This document shows positions 12,001 through 25,410 of a DNA stretch of 64,000 nucleotides, in pieces. The stretch is from Selaginella moellendorffii (taxonomy: Eukaryota; Plantae; Lycopodiophyta). A program made the position numbers and the translations under genes. The notes under the pieces are model-generated. The model did not search any database. It was given only the letters and a program-made list of their open reading frames with translations, and was not told the DNA's origin. Each line of letters begins with the position of its first letter. Position 1 is the first letter of the stretch. Location: positions 3,102,041 through 3,166,040 of the forward strand of contig NW_003314263.1 in the NCBI RefSeq assembly GCF_000143415.4. Direction: 5' to 3'.

Positions 12001-13714
12001 GATTGCTGGTCACTTCGGCATTGCAAAAACCTATGAGCTGGTTGCATGGGACTTTTGGTGGCCTCACATGGATGACTACATCAAAGCTTTTGTTACCTCT
12101 TGTGACATTTGTGCCTGGAATAAGGTACCTCGCCACCTTCCTTCAGGTTTGCTTCATTCCCTCTCGGTCCCTTTAGGTCCTTGGGAATCCATCTCCATGG
12201 ATTTCTTGAGTGATCTTCCGAGTTCTGGAGGCTTCAACAGCATTTTAGTCATGGTGGATCACTTCACAAAGATGGTGCACTTCCTGCCATGTACCAAAGA
12301 GTTTTCGAGCAAGGACATAGCAAAACTGGTATTTAGGGAAATTTTTCGACTTCATGGGATTCCTGCAGATGTGGTTTCGGATCAAGGACCTCAATTCATT
12401 TCTCATTTCTAGCAACGGTTTTTACAGCTGCTTGGAGTGAAGGCCAACCTTTCTTCAGCGTATCATCATCAAACTGATGGACAGTCCAAACGAACGATTT
12501 AGACATTGGAATAATTTCTGAGGTGCTTCATCAACTATCATCAGGATGACTAGTTCGATATCCTTCCCCTTGCTGAGTTCTCCTATAACAACTCTATTCA
12601 CTCCTCTCTTCGAGTTTCTCCCTTCTTTGCGAAGTCTGGCCGAAATCCCCGATTCAATTTCTCACTTCCTTCTCCATCTGAATCCTCTCGTTCAAATCCC
12701 CGCTCTGAGGCATTTGTCTCTAACCTCCAGGAAATCCATAACTCCATCTCCTTTCACCTCTATTGTGCTCAGGAATCTCACAAAACATTTGCCAATGTCC
12801 ATCGTCAGGATTGTCCCCCTTACAATATCGGGGATAAAATCTAGCTCCTCAAGCGAAATATCTCCACCACCAGGCCATGTCCCAAACTCAATTTCAAATG
12901 TCTCGGTCCTTTCCCTATCACTGCTATCATTAATCCTATCACTTATCGCCTTGCACTTCCCTCCTCATATCAAATTCACCCCGTTTTTCACTCTTCTTTC
13001 TTTGAGCCTTATATTCCTAGTCCTATTCCAAATCGGGTCATTCTTCCGCCTCCACTAGTGCAGCTCAAGGATGGGTCTGAGTATGAGGTTCAGGACATCC
13101 TTGATTCCAAGATCTCACGGTCTAAACTCTACTATCTAGTCAACTGGAAGGGTTATGGACCTGGAGAACACACTTGGGAACCTGCAAACAACTTGATTCA
13201 TTCTCCTAACTTTGTTCAAGACTTCCATTGCTACTATCCTTCTCATCCCAGTCTTCATTCTTTTTCTCCATCTCCCATCCCTCGCCGCCCATCTCATCCT
13301 CCTCTTTGTTCTCATTCATGTCCTCGTTCCACTCATTCTTGAGGAAGGGGTGTTGTCAGGAATCCCCCAATTCTTGCCACATTCCTGACTCTCGCCGGAT
13401 TCCTGACTTGCAGACCACATTCCTAACTCTCGAGACACTTCCCTATTCCTGACTCTCTGATTCCCTATACAATTCCTGAGTCTCAAGTCATATTCCTGAT
13501 GATGATGTGACGCCTCCTCAACCTCAGCTATATTTAGGCCGTCCTCGATCCAAGAGTGATGGAGCTTTATCAACCTATAGTATATATAGGTTAACTTTGT
13601 TCCATTTCTCCACAATTTGAATCAACGCTAGTTTAAGGTTTTTTCTTCATTTCCACTAGCTTTTCTTTTTATCTTTTGCATTTTCCAATCTTGATCTTGT
13701 TGGGGGTCTTGACA
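9100..13714 (+). mobile_element. 5'-truncated, decayed Ty3/gypsy chromovirus (Tcn1-like) retrotransposon
   Basis: Gag zinc knuckle LCLYCADPNHKAAVCP; protease ALLDSGAT; RT with YLDD (~10878); RNase H WTDHKNLEYF; integrase GHFG..WESISMDF; chromodomain EYEVQDILDSK..YLVNWKGY..TWEP. Many stops and frameshifts. Confidence 0.93.
13354..13714 (+). repeat. 3' LTR of gypsy element 1
   Basis: Follows polypurine tract GAGGAAGGGG (13341-13350). Begins TGTCAGGAATCCCCC and ends GGGGGTCTTGACA (imperfect terminal inverted repeat, TG..CA). Confidence 0.75.
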
Positions 13715-14889
13715 TCCTCCTATGAAACCAAATTACTTATTAATGCTTCTATTCTCCTTTACTTGTCCTCTTCAAGTTGTCGTTTGTAATTTCTATCCCT
13801 CTTTGCAACTGCATGATCATTAAAATTATCATAATCTTTCTATAAACTCTTGAATTTAAACTTCCCGAAGGGTTCATTTAGTTCAATATTATTCAAACCT
13901 AAATCCAATGACACTTAACCCCAAATATCTTAAAACTCTTAACTAATTGAAAAAGATTGGACTTTTATGAGTCTTTTTTTTTGTTGCTTACACCTTTTAA
14001 CTTCCTAATTGAATAATAGTGGATTCTACTCTAGTAAAGACATTTATTTTCCTGGCTTGGATATACCAAGCACAAAAAAATTTCAAGTCTCTTATGTAAA
14101 AGAATTGAGAAAAAAAATTTAAATCTATTTTACATTTGTCATTAGTTTTAATAAAAACACAAAGATAATGAAGTTTAAGTGGCTATTGCTCCTTTGATAT
14201 ATGATCTTCTTCCTCTTATATTTCCTATACTAGTGCTCCAACTACTTCCTCTTCCAAGATTGTTTAGGCTTTTCTAAGCCAGTTCACCCATGCTTTTTCC
14301 TTATAAATTAAATGCATGGAAATAGAAAAGATTGAATATATAACATGCATAGTTTCTAGAACAAGCTTGCTGCCCTTCCATTTTCTTCTCTATAAAACTA
14401 TACCCTAAATAGGACAGCTATGGCATGCAATCCAAATTCTAATCGATTGAGAGAAAATGTCATCAAGAGTGATCAACTTTGGGATGTTATGATAGAATAT
14501 TCTATCTAACAGTTGACTATGTAGTTTCCCAAAAGCATTTGCAGTGAAGACCTTGAGATTGTATAAAAAATGCAAAAGAATGATTCTCACAAATTCTTTG
14601 CCACAGGTGTGCGCCAATCCGATATCACCAATTGTGATCATCAGCCCCAAGACCATGATCTGCAAGAGCTCTGTGATATTGTTCCTGTTTTCCTGATGGA
14701 CCTGACATCATTCCTCTGCTCACCATATTGATTTGTTTTAGAGATACAGGATCAGCAGCAGCACCGATGCTGTGAGGACAAGGAAAGTGTGACGATTTCA
14801 GAGAGGCCATGCTGCAGCTTGTTTCCTTCTTCTGACAGTTTTTCTAGAAGAACCTGAGTATGTACATCATCTATCAGGTAGACAAGTGT

Positions 14890-15577
14890 TTCAAGCAGTG
14901 GGGGAAGCATTATTAGACAGATCTCACTTTGCATGGCTGATGAAAGAGCAGCACCTCGGTCGCATGGTCTTTGTTCATTTGATAGCTTCTTCCGAACGTA
15001 AGATGAGTGGAAGCTCCAGTGCAGTGTCTTGGGTTTCGGAAATCTTGCAGCCAGTTCTTCATGTTGTTCACTGCAAATGTGTCGATGCAAAGCCCGAGCT
15101 CCTGGAGATCAATGAAGAGTGCCTCCGAGATAGTTGCCATCATCTCGATCATCGTCCAGTAGTTTACCAAGTCGTGCTTAGAGCCAGGGATCGTCTTGGC
15201 CCACGTGAAGAGCTTGAGAGATGCATCATGTTTGATCTTCTTGAGAGCAACGCAGACCTGGTGGGGGTGCGTTATCCCGTGCTTGAGCTTCTCAACTATC
15301 TCGGACCTCCAGCTCCCTCCTCCTTCCTTCACAATCTCACACAAAGCATTGGAGACTAGAGCTCCTTTGCCTGGGAGTAAACCTAGCACCACCTTACTGC
15401 TCGACACCATATAATTCCCCGTTTCTTCTGTTCCTTCTTGCAAGCTCCAATTCCACGATGAGGAGACATTCATCACCCGGTTGTCCACTGTTACTGACAA
15501 AGGCTGACCACTGACGAACTTGTTGCAACTGTGAAGCTCCGGAGGATCATCGTTGGTGTCGCTCACTATCTTGTAGT
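14890..15577 (-). pseudogene. Truncated duplicate of the PPR-SMR gene N-terminus (left part, interrupted by gypsy 2)
   Basis: VKEGGGSWRSEIVEKLKHGITHPHQVCVALKKIKHDASLKLFTWAKTIPGSKHDLVNY matches 28101..28550. Continues at 22902. Confidence 0.8.
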
Positions 15578-16473
15578 TGTCGCGAATGTGACTTCAGGTA
15601 TCGAAAGATATTTGTCGGCCAGTCCTTACGGGCACTCTTTCCTTACTGCCATGATGGTAGGAGGTCAGTACTGCTGGTCCCTTTTATGGTCTCCACTCAA
15701 GCTAGTTGAGAAACTGGTCATCGCATGTGCACTTGACCAGATGAGCATAAGGAGGGAATTCTTACATGCTATTTATCAAGCATACTTGACCTGGTTAGAG
15801 AAACTCATTCGTTGACTTGCACTTGTTAGTGTTGGGAACCCCCGTGATATTGAGACTAGTCCCTCAATATTCGCTAGATGATAGCTTACTGTGTCTGCCA
15901 AACACCCTCGTTATCATACCCTTTGTGTTGCTATTTATGGAAAGTGTCTAGATTAGCTCATTTGGCATATCTACAGAATGTAGAGATCGGCCAGAACACA
16001 ATGGTGTTCGTCCCGTGTCCAAATTCGCAATCTAAGGCCATTCCATATTTAGTAAGTTTCAGACTTGTCCCAGAGACTAACTCCTAGTACTAAGGGAGGC
16101 TTGGGGTGAAAGCCCAAAGCGTGTGTCCCTCAAGGGGGGGGGGGGCTGTGGGGGGTTCCAAATGTATAATAGGGATAGTGGTTGGAATGCATGTCCAACC
16201 ACCTAAGACATTAGTTTGGCTCCCGTTGGGCTGTGTCGCTCCTTGTTCTGCGTCCAGCTTGGGTCTAAGCCCAAGCTCCACGCTGCTCTAGTCGGTGGAG
16301 TACCCTCCTCCTCGCGTTAGGCCACCGGTATGCCAAAATTGTGCCAGACTCCATCTGACACCATTTTGCGTGCAGGTGCTGGATACAGGGAGCTGGTGCT
16401 CATGGGATTGTACCGGACCCTCATTTGTAGCGCAACAAGCTTGGAGTTCGGCTCCAAATTTAGGTGTGCTACA
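15578..16473 (+). repeat. 5' LTR of gypsy element 2
   Basis: Near-identical to 21985-22901; TG...CA ends. Confidence 0.95.
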
Positions 16474-16475
16474 TT

Positions 16476-16487
16476 TGGTATTAGAGG
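16476..16487 (+). other. Primer binding site (tRNA-iMet type)
   Basis: TGGTATTAGAGG lies 2 nt after the 5' LTR and resembles TGGTATCAGAGC. Confidence 0.75.
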
Positions 16488-19400
16488 AATTGTCTCAGCG
16501 ATTTCTATCCAACTTTTATCAGATTTTCTGACTCAAGTTGCATATGCAAAGACTTTTCTAGTAGATCTGAAGTGACTTGTGTAGGATTAGTTGAATTGCA
16601 CCATTCGGTAAAAATGTTGTTTGCATGTTCAGTTACTAATAGAGGCATGCATGCAGCTACAAGGATGGTGAAGAGGAACCGTGTTGATGACGCTGAAACC
16701 TCTAGACAGGCGAATCGAGAGGAGGAAACTCCTGCTAGAGATGCTGCGAAAGAGGCAAAGGCTGAGTCAGAAGAGGAAGAGCCAGATGCTGCGGTGCTGC
16801 AGCGTATGGCTCAGGAAGTTGAGATCGAGAATTTGTGAAGGGAGATTTGCAAATTGAAGAAGGAGAACAAGAAGAGGAAGAAAGAAGCTGAGGTAGCTAA
16901 ACTAGCTAAGCCTAAACAACTAGACTCCTCCTCAAGTTCTGAGGACAATGAAGTTCTGCAGCAACCCCCGGTTGCACGAGTTTCATAGTTCAAGCCTCCA
17001 AAACCACCCAATTTCAGAGGCATGCGGGACTATCAAGTTTTGGAGGACTAGGTCTACGATATGGAAAACTATTTCATAGCGGCAGACGTAGATGGTCGTA
17101 CGAAAGTTGCATGCGCGCAATCCTTTTTCACCGATCATGCCAAAACTTGGTGGCGCCAGGAGTGTGCTGAAAAAGGGCAGACTAGAAGTTGGACCAAGAT
17201 GCGGTCTCGTATCCGTAAGGAATACTTGCCAAATGATCTTGGTTTGAGACTTCGTGCGGAGCTGCAGCGGTTAAAGCAGCGAGGGGACCTTATGCATTAC
17301 GTTAATGCGTTTGCTCAGAAGCGCATTATGATTGCAAATATGAGTGACGAAGATGCTCGGAGTTATTTTCTGGAGGGTTTAAGTTCATTTTCTCGCAATG
17401 AGATTTTGAAGTTTAAGCCGAAGACATACCTGGAGTGTAAGGAGGCAGCGCAGCAAGTTGCCTTTAGTCACTCGCTCATGGAACAATATCAGCAACCGCA
17501 TGTTGGTAACTCGGATAAGAATAGAAATTCTGGGAAATTCCCAGAGCAAGGTGATCGGAAACAAAAGGTGGAAAGTAGGTACCGGCCTGGGGGCTCACAA
17601 GCTACTGTGAACAAAGGTGGTGGTGGTTGGAGACCACCAGCAGCTTCTTCTAGTCCTAGGCCCTCTATTCCTCCTCCTGGTGGGTACAAGCAGCAGCAAC
17701 CTGCAAAACCTGCTCCTAGCGGAACGGGTAGTGCGGGTCATTGCTTCCATTGTGGAGAGTCGGGACATAGGTCCTTGGAATGTCCCAACAAGCATAAGAC
17801 AAGGTCTCAGGTTAATGTCATGAGGGACGACGGTGGTGGCAAAGCTGAAAGGGTTGACGAGTTGGTCAATGCGGACTATGAGGAAGAAGAGGTGAGTAAC
17901 TTTCGTTACTTTCCTCAAGCTTTTCTTGTAGTCAATGCAAACACTGATCTGTTGATGTATCTGATAGGCTTTGTCCAAGGACACCGAATCCGAGTGATGA
18001 TTGACACGGGATCTACGCACAGCGTGATATCCGAAGACTTAGTTAAGTTGTTAAGATTGAATGATGAGCAAATGTTGCCTATGCACTTCCGATTTGTGGA
18101 AGGTGGGCAAATAGCCAGAAAGTTTGTGAGTGATGTTCCAATAACGATATCCAAGTGGAAAGAAAGAGTGGACTTGGTAGTGTTGAAGATACTAGATTTT
18201 TAGATGGTGATTGGTATGGATTTCTTCAACAAGTATATAAAAGGGATTTATGGTGCTGAACAAAGTCATATCACATTGAAGTCAAAAGGACATCCTGATG
18301 TATCCTTTCAGTTGCAAAAGTGTTCCTCAAAGGATTGGGATGCAAAGTTCCTGATTGCGAAGGCCGCTCAAAAAGCAGCTAAGAGGGGATGTCGGACCTT
18401 TTGGGTTCAAGTGATGAAAGCTGAGGGTGTTGGTGACTTGGTTCGAATCAGCGATGGGGTTGATCCTGTACCAAAGAGGATATTGGAGTTGGCGAGGAAT
18501 CAGGATATCTTTCCGAAGGATTTGCAGCTAGGGCTACCTCCTAGCCGTGATGTTGATCATCGGATTGAGGTTATTCTGGGTTCTAAACTACCTACGAAAG
18601 CTCCATATCAGTTGAACATCAAGGAGATGGCTGAACTCAAGAAGCAACTCATGGAGCTTCTTGAAAAAGGTCATATCCGACCAAGCAAGTCACCTTATGG
18701 AGTGCCGGTCCTTTTTGTTATGAAAAAGGATGGAACCATGAAGATGTGTATTGACTATCGGGCACTCAATAAGATCACGGTCAAGAACAGTTATCCTTTG
18801 CCTTGCATTGATGACTTGTTTGACCAACTCTTAAAGGCTTAGTATTTTATGCGACTTGATTTGCGGTCCGGGTATCATCAGATACGGGTGGCGGATCAGG
18901 ATGTGGAGAAGACAGCCTTTAAGACTCGGTACAGATCTTATGAGTTCCTTGTCATGCTGTTTGGGTTATGCAATGCTCTGGCAACGTTCAGCACTATGAT
19001 GGATAGAATATTCGGAGATTATTTGGATGCATTTGTTGTCCTGTATATCAACAATGTTCTAGTCTTTAGTGAAACATTGGAGGATCATCTGAAACACTTG
19101 GAGCTGGTGTTTCAGAAGTTGCGCGAACACAAACTGTATGCTAAGGAAAGTAAATGTGCTTTTGGACAATTGCGCGTAAACTTTCTCGGACATATAGTTG
19201 GTGGTGGCGTGATTGAGGTCGATCCAAAGAAGGTGGAAGCAGTGAAGTCTTGGGAAGTTCCAACCATTGTATCAGATGTTCGTTCCTTTCTCGGTTTGGC
19301 GGGATACTATCGCAAGTTTGTCTGCAATTTTGCAAGAATTGCTCTTCCGTTGACTGAGTTGACGAAGAGTAGTATTCCGTTTCATTGGACACCAGCTTGT

Positions 19401-21984
19401 CAGCGTGCTTTTGTACGGTTGAAGGAGATCTTGACTACGGTTCCTGTTCTCAGGATTCCAGATCTTGATAAACCCTTCGAAGTGCATTTTGATGCATCTG
19501 GCTATGCTATCAGTGCCGTGTTACAGCAAGATTGTGATAAAGCGGTTGGTGTTACGCTAAGGCGACATGGTTATCCCGTTGCATTCTATTCCAAGAAATT
19601 GGATGAAACTCAGCAAAGATGGCCAACACATGAGAAAGAGATATTTGCTATAGTGTCGGTCCTGGAACACTGGAGACACTACTTGGGTGGACATACCAAG
19701 GTTTATACGGATAGTAACACACTAAGCTACTTTGCTACGCAGCCTAAGCTTACGCCGAAGCAGGCTCGTTGGCAAAAGAAGCTTGCTAGATATGATATTG
19801 AAATCATATATAAACCTGGTAAAGACAATATTGTTCCGGATGCGTTGAGTCGCCAGGCTCAGTTTCGGGCAATATCAGCAATCAGTTCGGACTAGTTAGA
19901 GGACGTTCGGGCTTCATATGGAAACAATCCATTAGTGAAGGCAATCTTACGCCGTGTGGAGTTGTCAAAGCAAAACTTTGGTAGCGAGGCAGCAAAAGTT
20001 GCTAGTCGCACTAATGCGAAGCTTCACTTCTTAGTTTGGGATGGGCTTATATTCTATAAGCAAGAAAGATTGTATCTTCCCTCTAAGGATCTACAGCAAT
20101 TATTTTTGCGGGAACATCATGATGTTCCAGCTGTGGGACATGGTGGACAGTGAAAGACTCTAGCTTCATTGAAAAAGGGATTTTTTTGGTCTGGTATGAA
20201 AGAGGATGTAGCGGACTATGTCCGTTCCTGCCCTATATGCCAGCAATGTAAGTGCAGAACTGAGAAACAGGCTGGAAAGTTGCAGTGCATTCCAGCACCA
20301 GCATGGCCATTTCAAAGTGTGATACTTGATTTCATCACTTGCTTGCCGAAGTCTAAAGGTTATGATACTTTGATGGTGGTTGTGGATCAGTTGTCGAAGA
20401 TTGCACACTTCATTCCAACTGTGGGAACAGTAAATGTGAAACAAGCAGCAAAGCTCTTTTTCCATGAAGTAGTGCGAGTTCGTGGTCTTCCTGAAGAAAT
20501 GATCTCAGATAGAGATTCGAGGTTTACGGGGAAGTTTTAGGGGACCCTGTTCCAATTGTTTGGTACCAAGTTGAAGTTTAGTACGGCTTATTATCCTCAA
20601 ACTGATGGGCACGTGAATGCTCAAGTTGAGGATTATCTACGGTACTATGTCGCGGTGGACCAATGCGACTGGGTTGAGCATTTGGATACAGCAGAAATCT
20701 GTTATAACAACACATTTCACAGCGCTATAGGCTGTTCTCCATGAGAGATGCTGCAAGGGAATGCTCGTGGGTTTCCTCAACAAATCGTTGTACCGAAACC
20801 AATGACCGACATGTTGGTCCCAGCCGTTGAAACTTATGCGGAGCAGCTATGCCAAGGTTGGTCTAAAGCTACCGAGGTGATGGGCAAAGATCAGGATAGG
20901 TATTGACGTGATAAGGATCAGCATCGTCGAAATGTATCCTATCAAGTGGGAGATCAGGTGTGGCTATCTAACCGAAACTTGAACATTAAGGGTTCTTTGT
21001 CTCTGAAGCTCTTGCCGAGATATGTTGGACCCTATCAGGTGCTAAAACGCATTGGTGATGTATCCTATCGGTTGGATCTGCCTGTGGAGATGTCCAATGT
21101 TCATAATGTATTTCATACCAATCTATTGGCTCCTTACACTATGGATGTTACACGTCAAGGGGAGATTCGTCCGCCACCAAACGTTGTGAACGGTGAACCT
21201 GAATATGAAGTTGAAAGCATTCTGGCTTGTTGCCGGAAACGTGGTGGTCGTGCAAAAGAATATCTAGTTAAGTGGAAAGGTTACCCGACTTGTGAATCAA
21301 CTTGGGAACCTCTTAGTAATCTTGTCCATGCTCGTGAGCTTGTACGGAGTATGAGAATAGTAATAAAGATTAGCTTTTGTAAAACTCTTGTAATAAATCT
21401 TGCAAATCAATAAAAGACATATATTTTTATACCTCAAAGTGTCATTTCTCTCGTTCGATAGTACTTGGGTCAGTTTTGGTAGGCTGACTTCGGCACTTCA
21501 GTGCATGGGTCCAATCCATAACTATGGGGATAACTATTATAGACTAATCACAAGTCCCCACCTCTCTCTCGATGACTCACTTTTGAAAAGGGGCGTGGTC
21601 GTGTAAACAACTTAATCTGCCAGTTTATAATAGTTGTCTAAATCTTCCCGACGGGGTTGATTTCTCGCTCAGGGGAAGTTGGGCCTCTAGCCTTCTCCCT
21701 ATGTCCTTGCGGGCAGGGATGTATCATTCCTTTGTAAGATGAGTGGTACTTGGAGCGGCAAGGGGGGCTAACTTTGTTAGTCATTTCCTTGTCGGTGACG
21801 GCCGGAGGGTGTCTGAGTCTTAACGTCTTTGGACGTAGAGGAGAGGTCGTTCCATAACTCATTTAAGTCGGTGTGTTTCCCACATAGTGTGCTTTCCGTT
21901 AACTTTCAGAGTTGTTTCCTTGACGGTTTGCTAGACTCGGGTATGCATCAACGAGGACGTCGATCTTCCCTAAAGGGGGGAGAG

Positions 21985-22901
21985 TGTCGCGAATGTGACT
22001 TCGGGTATCGAAAGATACTTGTCGACCAGTCCTTACAGGCACTCTTTCCTTACTGCCACGACGGCAGGAGGTTAGTACTGCTGGTCCCTTTTATGGTCTC
22101 CACTCAAGCTAGTTGAGAAACTGGTCATCGCATGTGCATTTGACCAGATGAGCATAAGGACGGAATTCCTACATGCTATTTATCAAGCATACTTGACCTG
22201 GTTAGAGAAATTCATTTGTTGACTTGCACTTATTAGTGTTGGGAACCCCTGCAATATTGAGACTAGTCCCTCAATATTCACTAGATGATAGCTTACCATG
22301 TCTACCAAACACCCTCGCTATCATACCCTTTGTGTTAGTCTCATTTCAGTCCCAAGTGCTATTTATGGAAAGTGTCTAGATTATCTCATTTGGCATATCT
22401 ACAGAATGTAGAGATAGAGAAACTCATTCATTGACTTGCACTTGCTAGTGTTAAGAACCCCTGCGATATTGAGCTTGGTCCCTCAATATTTCGGACTTGT
22501 CCCAGAGACTAACTCCTAGTACTAAGGGAGGCTTGGGGTGAAAGCCCAAAGCATGTGTCCCTCAAGGGGGGGCTGTGGGGGGGTTCCAAATGTATAGTAG
22601 GGATAGTGGTTGGAATGCATGTCCGACCACCTGAGACATTAATTTGGCTCCCGCTGGGCTGTGTCGCTCCTTGTTCTGCGTCCGGCTTGGGTCTAAGCCC
22701 AAGCTTTATGCTGCTCTAGTCGGTGGAGTACCCTCCTCCTCGCGTTAGGCCACCAGTATGCCAAAATTGTGCCAGACTCCGTCTGACACCATTTTTCATG
22801 CAGGTGCTGGATATGGGGAGCTGGTGCTCGTGGGATTGTACCGAACCCTCGTTCGTAGCGCAACAGGCTTGGAGTTCGGCTCCAAATTCAGGTGCGCTAC
22901 A
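21985..22901 (+). repeat. 3' LTR of gypsy element 2 (PPT at 21972-21984)
   Basis: Preceded by AAAGGGGGGAGAG and followed by the TSD. Confidence 0.95.
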
Positions 22902-24170
22902 GTAGTCCAGAAACTTGTCCTCAATTGCATGGACATGCCACTGCTTCTTCCCACTATGAAGGTGGAGCTTCTGCCTGTATTCCATGTGGATCCACGCAGT
23001 TGCCTTCCTGTTCTTCGGCTGTGTAGGTCTTCTTCCCGAGCTGGTGGTGGAGTGCTGCCACACTGAAGCCTGCTTGGTGGTCTGCGAGTTCCTGCTCTCG
23101 ACTTAGTCTTGGACAAGGTGGTGGCCCGAGATTCCTACCATGCGTCATCTTCATGTAGAGATTGTCGTCACAGGATAGTTCTGTGATCACCATGAGATAG
23201 TTGTGCAGGATCATGATCATCACCAGGTCGTGCTGCATTGTCTTGGCCCACATAAAGAGTTTGAGCAAGAGAGAGGCATCGTTGATCTTCTTGAGAACCA
23301 CGCAGACCTGGTGGGGGTGCGTTATCCCAGCCTTGAGCCTGTTATCCAGCTTCGCAACCATCTTGGAGCTCCAGCTCCCTCCTCCTTCCTTCACAGTCTT
23401 GTGGAAGACTAGAGCTCCTTTGCCTAGAACTAAACCCGGCTGACCCTCCTTACTGCACGGCACCATATAGTTCTCCATTTCTTCTTTGCATTCCCGCAAG
23501 CCCAACGAGTTCCACGAGACATTCCTTGCCTGGTTGTTCACTGTTACTGACAAGGGCCGAACAAAATGATCTTGTCACGACTGCAAATCACTAGAGGATC
23601 ATCACCGGTGTCGCTCATGGGAGGAAGTGTCTCATAGACCAGAAACGTGTCCCTAACTGCATGGACGTTCCACCCCTTCCTGCTGTGAAGGTGGAGCTCC
23701 TGCCTGTACTGCTTGTGACTCATGATGAGATCCACGGAGTTGCCTTCCTGCTTGTCGGCTGTGTAAATTTTCCTCCCGAGCTGGTGTTGGACTGCTACCA
23801 TGCCGAATCTATCTAAGCCTGCTTGGTTGTCTTTCTGCTGTCTCAGACGAGGTGGCGGCCACAGCTTCCTACCATACTTCGTCTTCACATAGAGATCGTT
23901 TCCACGGGGCATGTCTGTGATCGCCATGAGATAGTTGCCATCGACTCCAAGGATCATGACCATCACCATATCGTGCCGGAAGCCGGAGATTCTCATGGCC
24001 AGTGTAAAGGACTCGAGCGAGAGATATGTGTCATGCTTCATCTTCTTGACAACGATCTCGAGCTTAAGACTCTAGATTCTCTCTTCTCTCTTTCATTGCA
24101 TCGAAGTCTAGTGTCTGGAACTAAGAACTGGATAGAAAATTGTCAGTCCCCAGTTTAAAAGAAGAACGTC
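22902..24170 (-). pseudogene. Tandem truncated copies of the PPR-SMR 5' region
   Basis: Repeats of VKEGGGSWSSKMV..GITHPHQVCVVLKKI..LFMWAKT and YETLPPMSDTGDDP. 23860-24170 also matches 31800-32130. Confidence 0.75.
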
Positions 24171-24899
24171 ACAGCAAACTTCAATGGAAGGGCAGTCAAT
24201 CACCAAATATGCAGGCTCTAGCAATTGTCTTGGGAAAGTTGAAATATACTAGTTGTTACTTGGCAAGCTGAAAAGGGTGCAATTGCTCTAACTTATTGAA
24301 GAATCAAAACAACCAACGTGGTTTAATCTATGCTGTCTATTTGAAAATTTTAAAATTTACCATTAGATCAAAAGGATAATTTTAGATAATACTCTACAAA
24401 AAGAATAGATGCCAGATGGGGGAGTATGATTTTATATCCAATTGATCAATTGAATTAATAAATAATAAACACTACTATTAAACAAACCAAACCAATATTT
24501 TTACATAGCTACACATAGCAAATGATTTTTCTCTAGGCTTTGAAAACTTAAGTATACATAATAAATTGATTTCTTGTCTTTGGTCTGGAGATCACAATAT
24601 GCAAATTGGTTTCTTATCCTGATTACAATCCTGGAGAATGTCAAAATTACTTTTGCCTGTTGAACTTTACTAGCTGAGCCCACAAATGTGTATATACATA
24701 TATACTACTTTATTATAAAATAATTCCATGATCATAGTTAAATTACAATCAAAAGAGTAGTTCCTTTGTTATGCATAAGCTGTTCCAAAATCAGTCTTGA
24801 TGCAAACAAAAGATAAGTTACCACCAATGTTTATCTATGTCAATATGTGATATTTCAATCCGTATGGTTGTATCCACCTAAACCCTAGACAGAGATGCT

Positions 24900-25410
24900 G
24901 TCAAATGCTGACGTGGCAGATAGGGCATACGTGCGGTCTTAGTGGCTGCCAAGTGGCACTCACGTGCAGCCCATAAAGGATTGAATGTATAGACGGAGCT
25001 CAATTTCATCAGCCGTTTGAACGCAAATCAGCTAGGCACAATGGCTGTCGAGCTCCCAACACAAGATATTCCCCAATAATTCGCGATAGTTCATGCAATC
25101 TGTTGCTCCTCCTCAATCTCGATCTCTTCTTCAAGGGGTGAGTCGGTCTGGAGGATTTTCTAGCGGTGCCATAAACCACTGGCTGTGCAGATGCCGGAAA
25201 CCTCTAAGATCAATCGATCTAATAGCACATTGCTGTGGCAGCGCTGTGAGCTGCTAGATCTGCATTGCTCGCAGCCTGGCCACGTTGAATGAAGCGCCAT
25301 GGCCGAGGCTATTGTGACGTGGCATGCCGCTAACCCACGTGAAAATCCTATCTGGTCACGTGGCCCTAATTCACATCACCATCCCTGATTGGGACAATCA
25401 TGACGTCCTC
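24900..25410 (+). promoter_or_regulatory. G-box/ABRE-rich upstream region of the Pin-II gene; TATA box at ~25603
   Basis: CACGTG at ~24961, ~25336 and ~25357; TGACGTGGC at ~24909 and ~25315; TGACGTC at ~25401; CTATAAAT ~40 bp before the ATG. Confidence 0.5.

Larger units (their letters stand above)
15578..22901 (+). mobile_element. Full-length decayed Ty3/gypsy chromovirus LTR retrotransposon with 5-bp TSD GTAGT
   Basis: LTRs 15578-16473 and 21985-22901 (TGTCGCG...CTACA). TSD GTAGT at 15573-15577 and 22902-22906. Gag CFHCGESGHRSLECP, protease IDTGST, RT (YIDD mutated to YINN), RNase H, integrase, chromodomain EYEVESIL..EYLVKWKGY..TWEP. Confidence 0.97.

Noticed and set aside
14330-14580. Similarity to 32560-32700
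   Set aside because: A real but short, degenerate repeat; it could not be assigned to a family.
16134-16156. G-run as a functional G-quadruplex
   Set aside because: Homopolymer length differs between the two LTRs; no further support.
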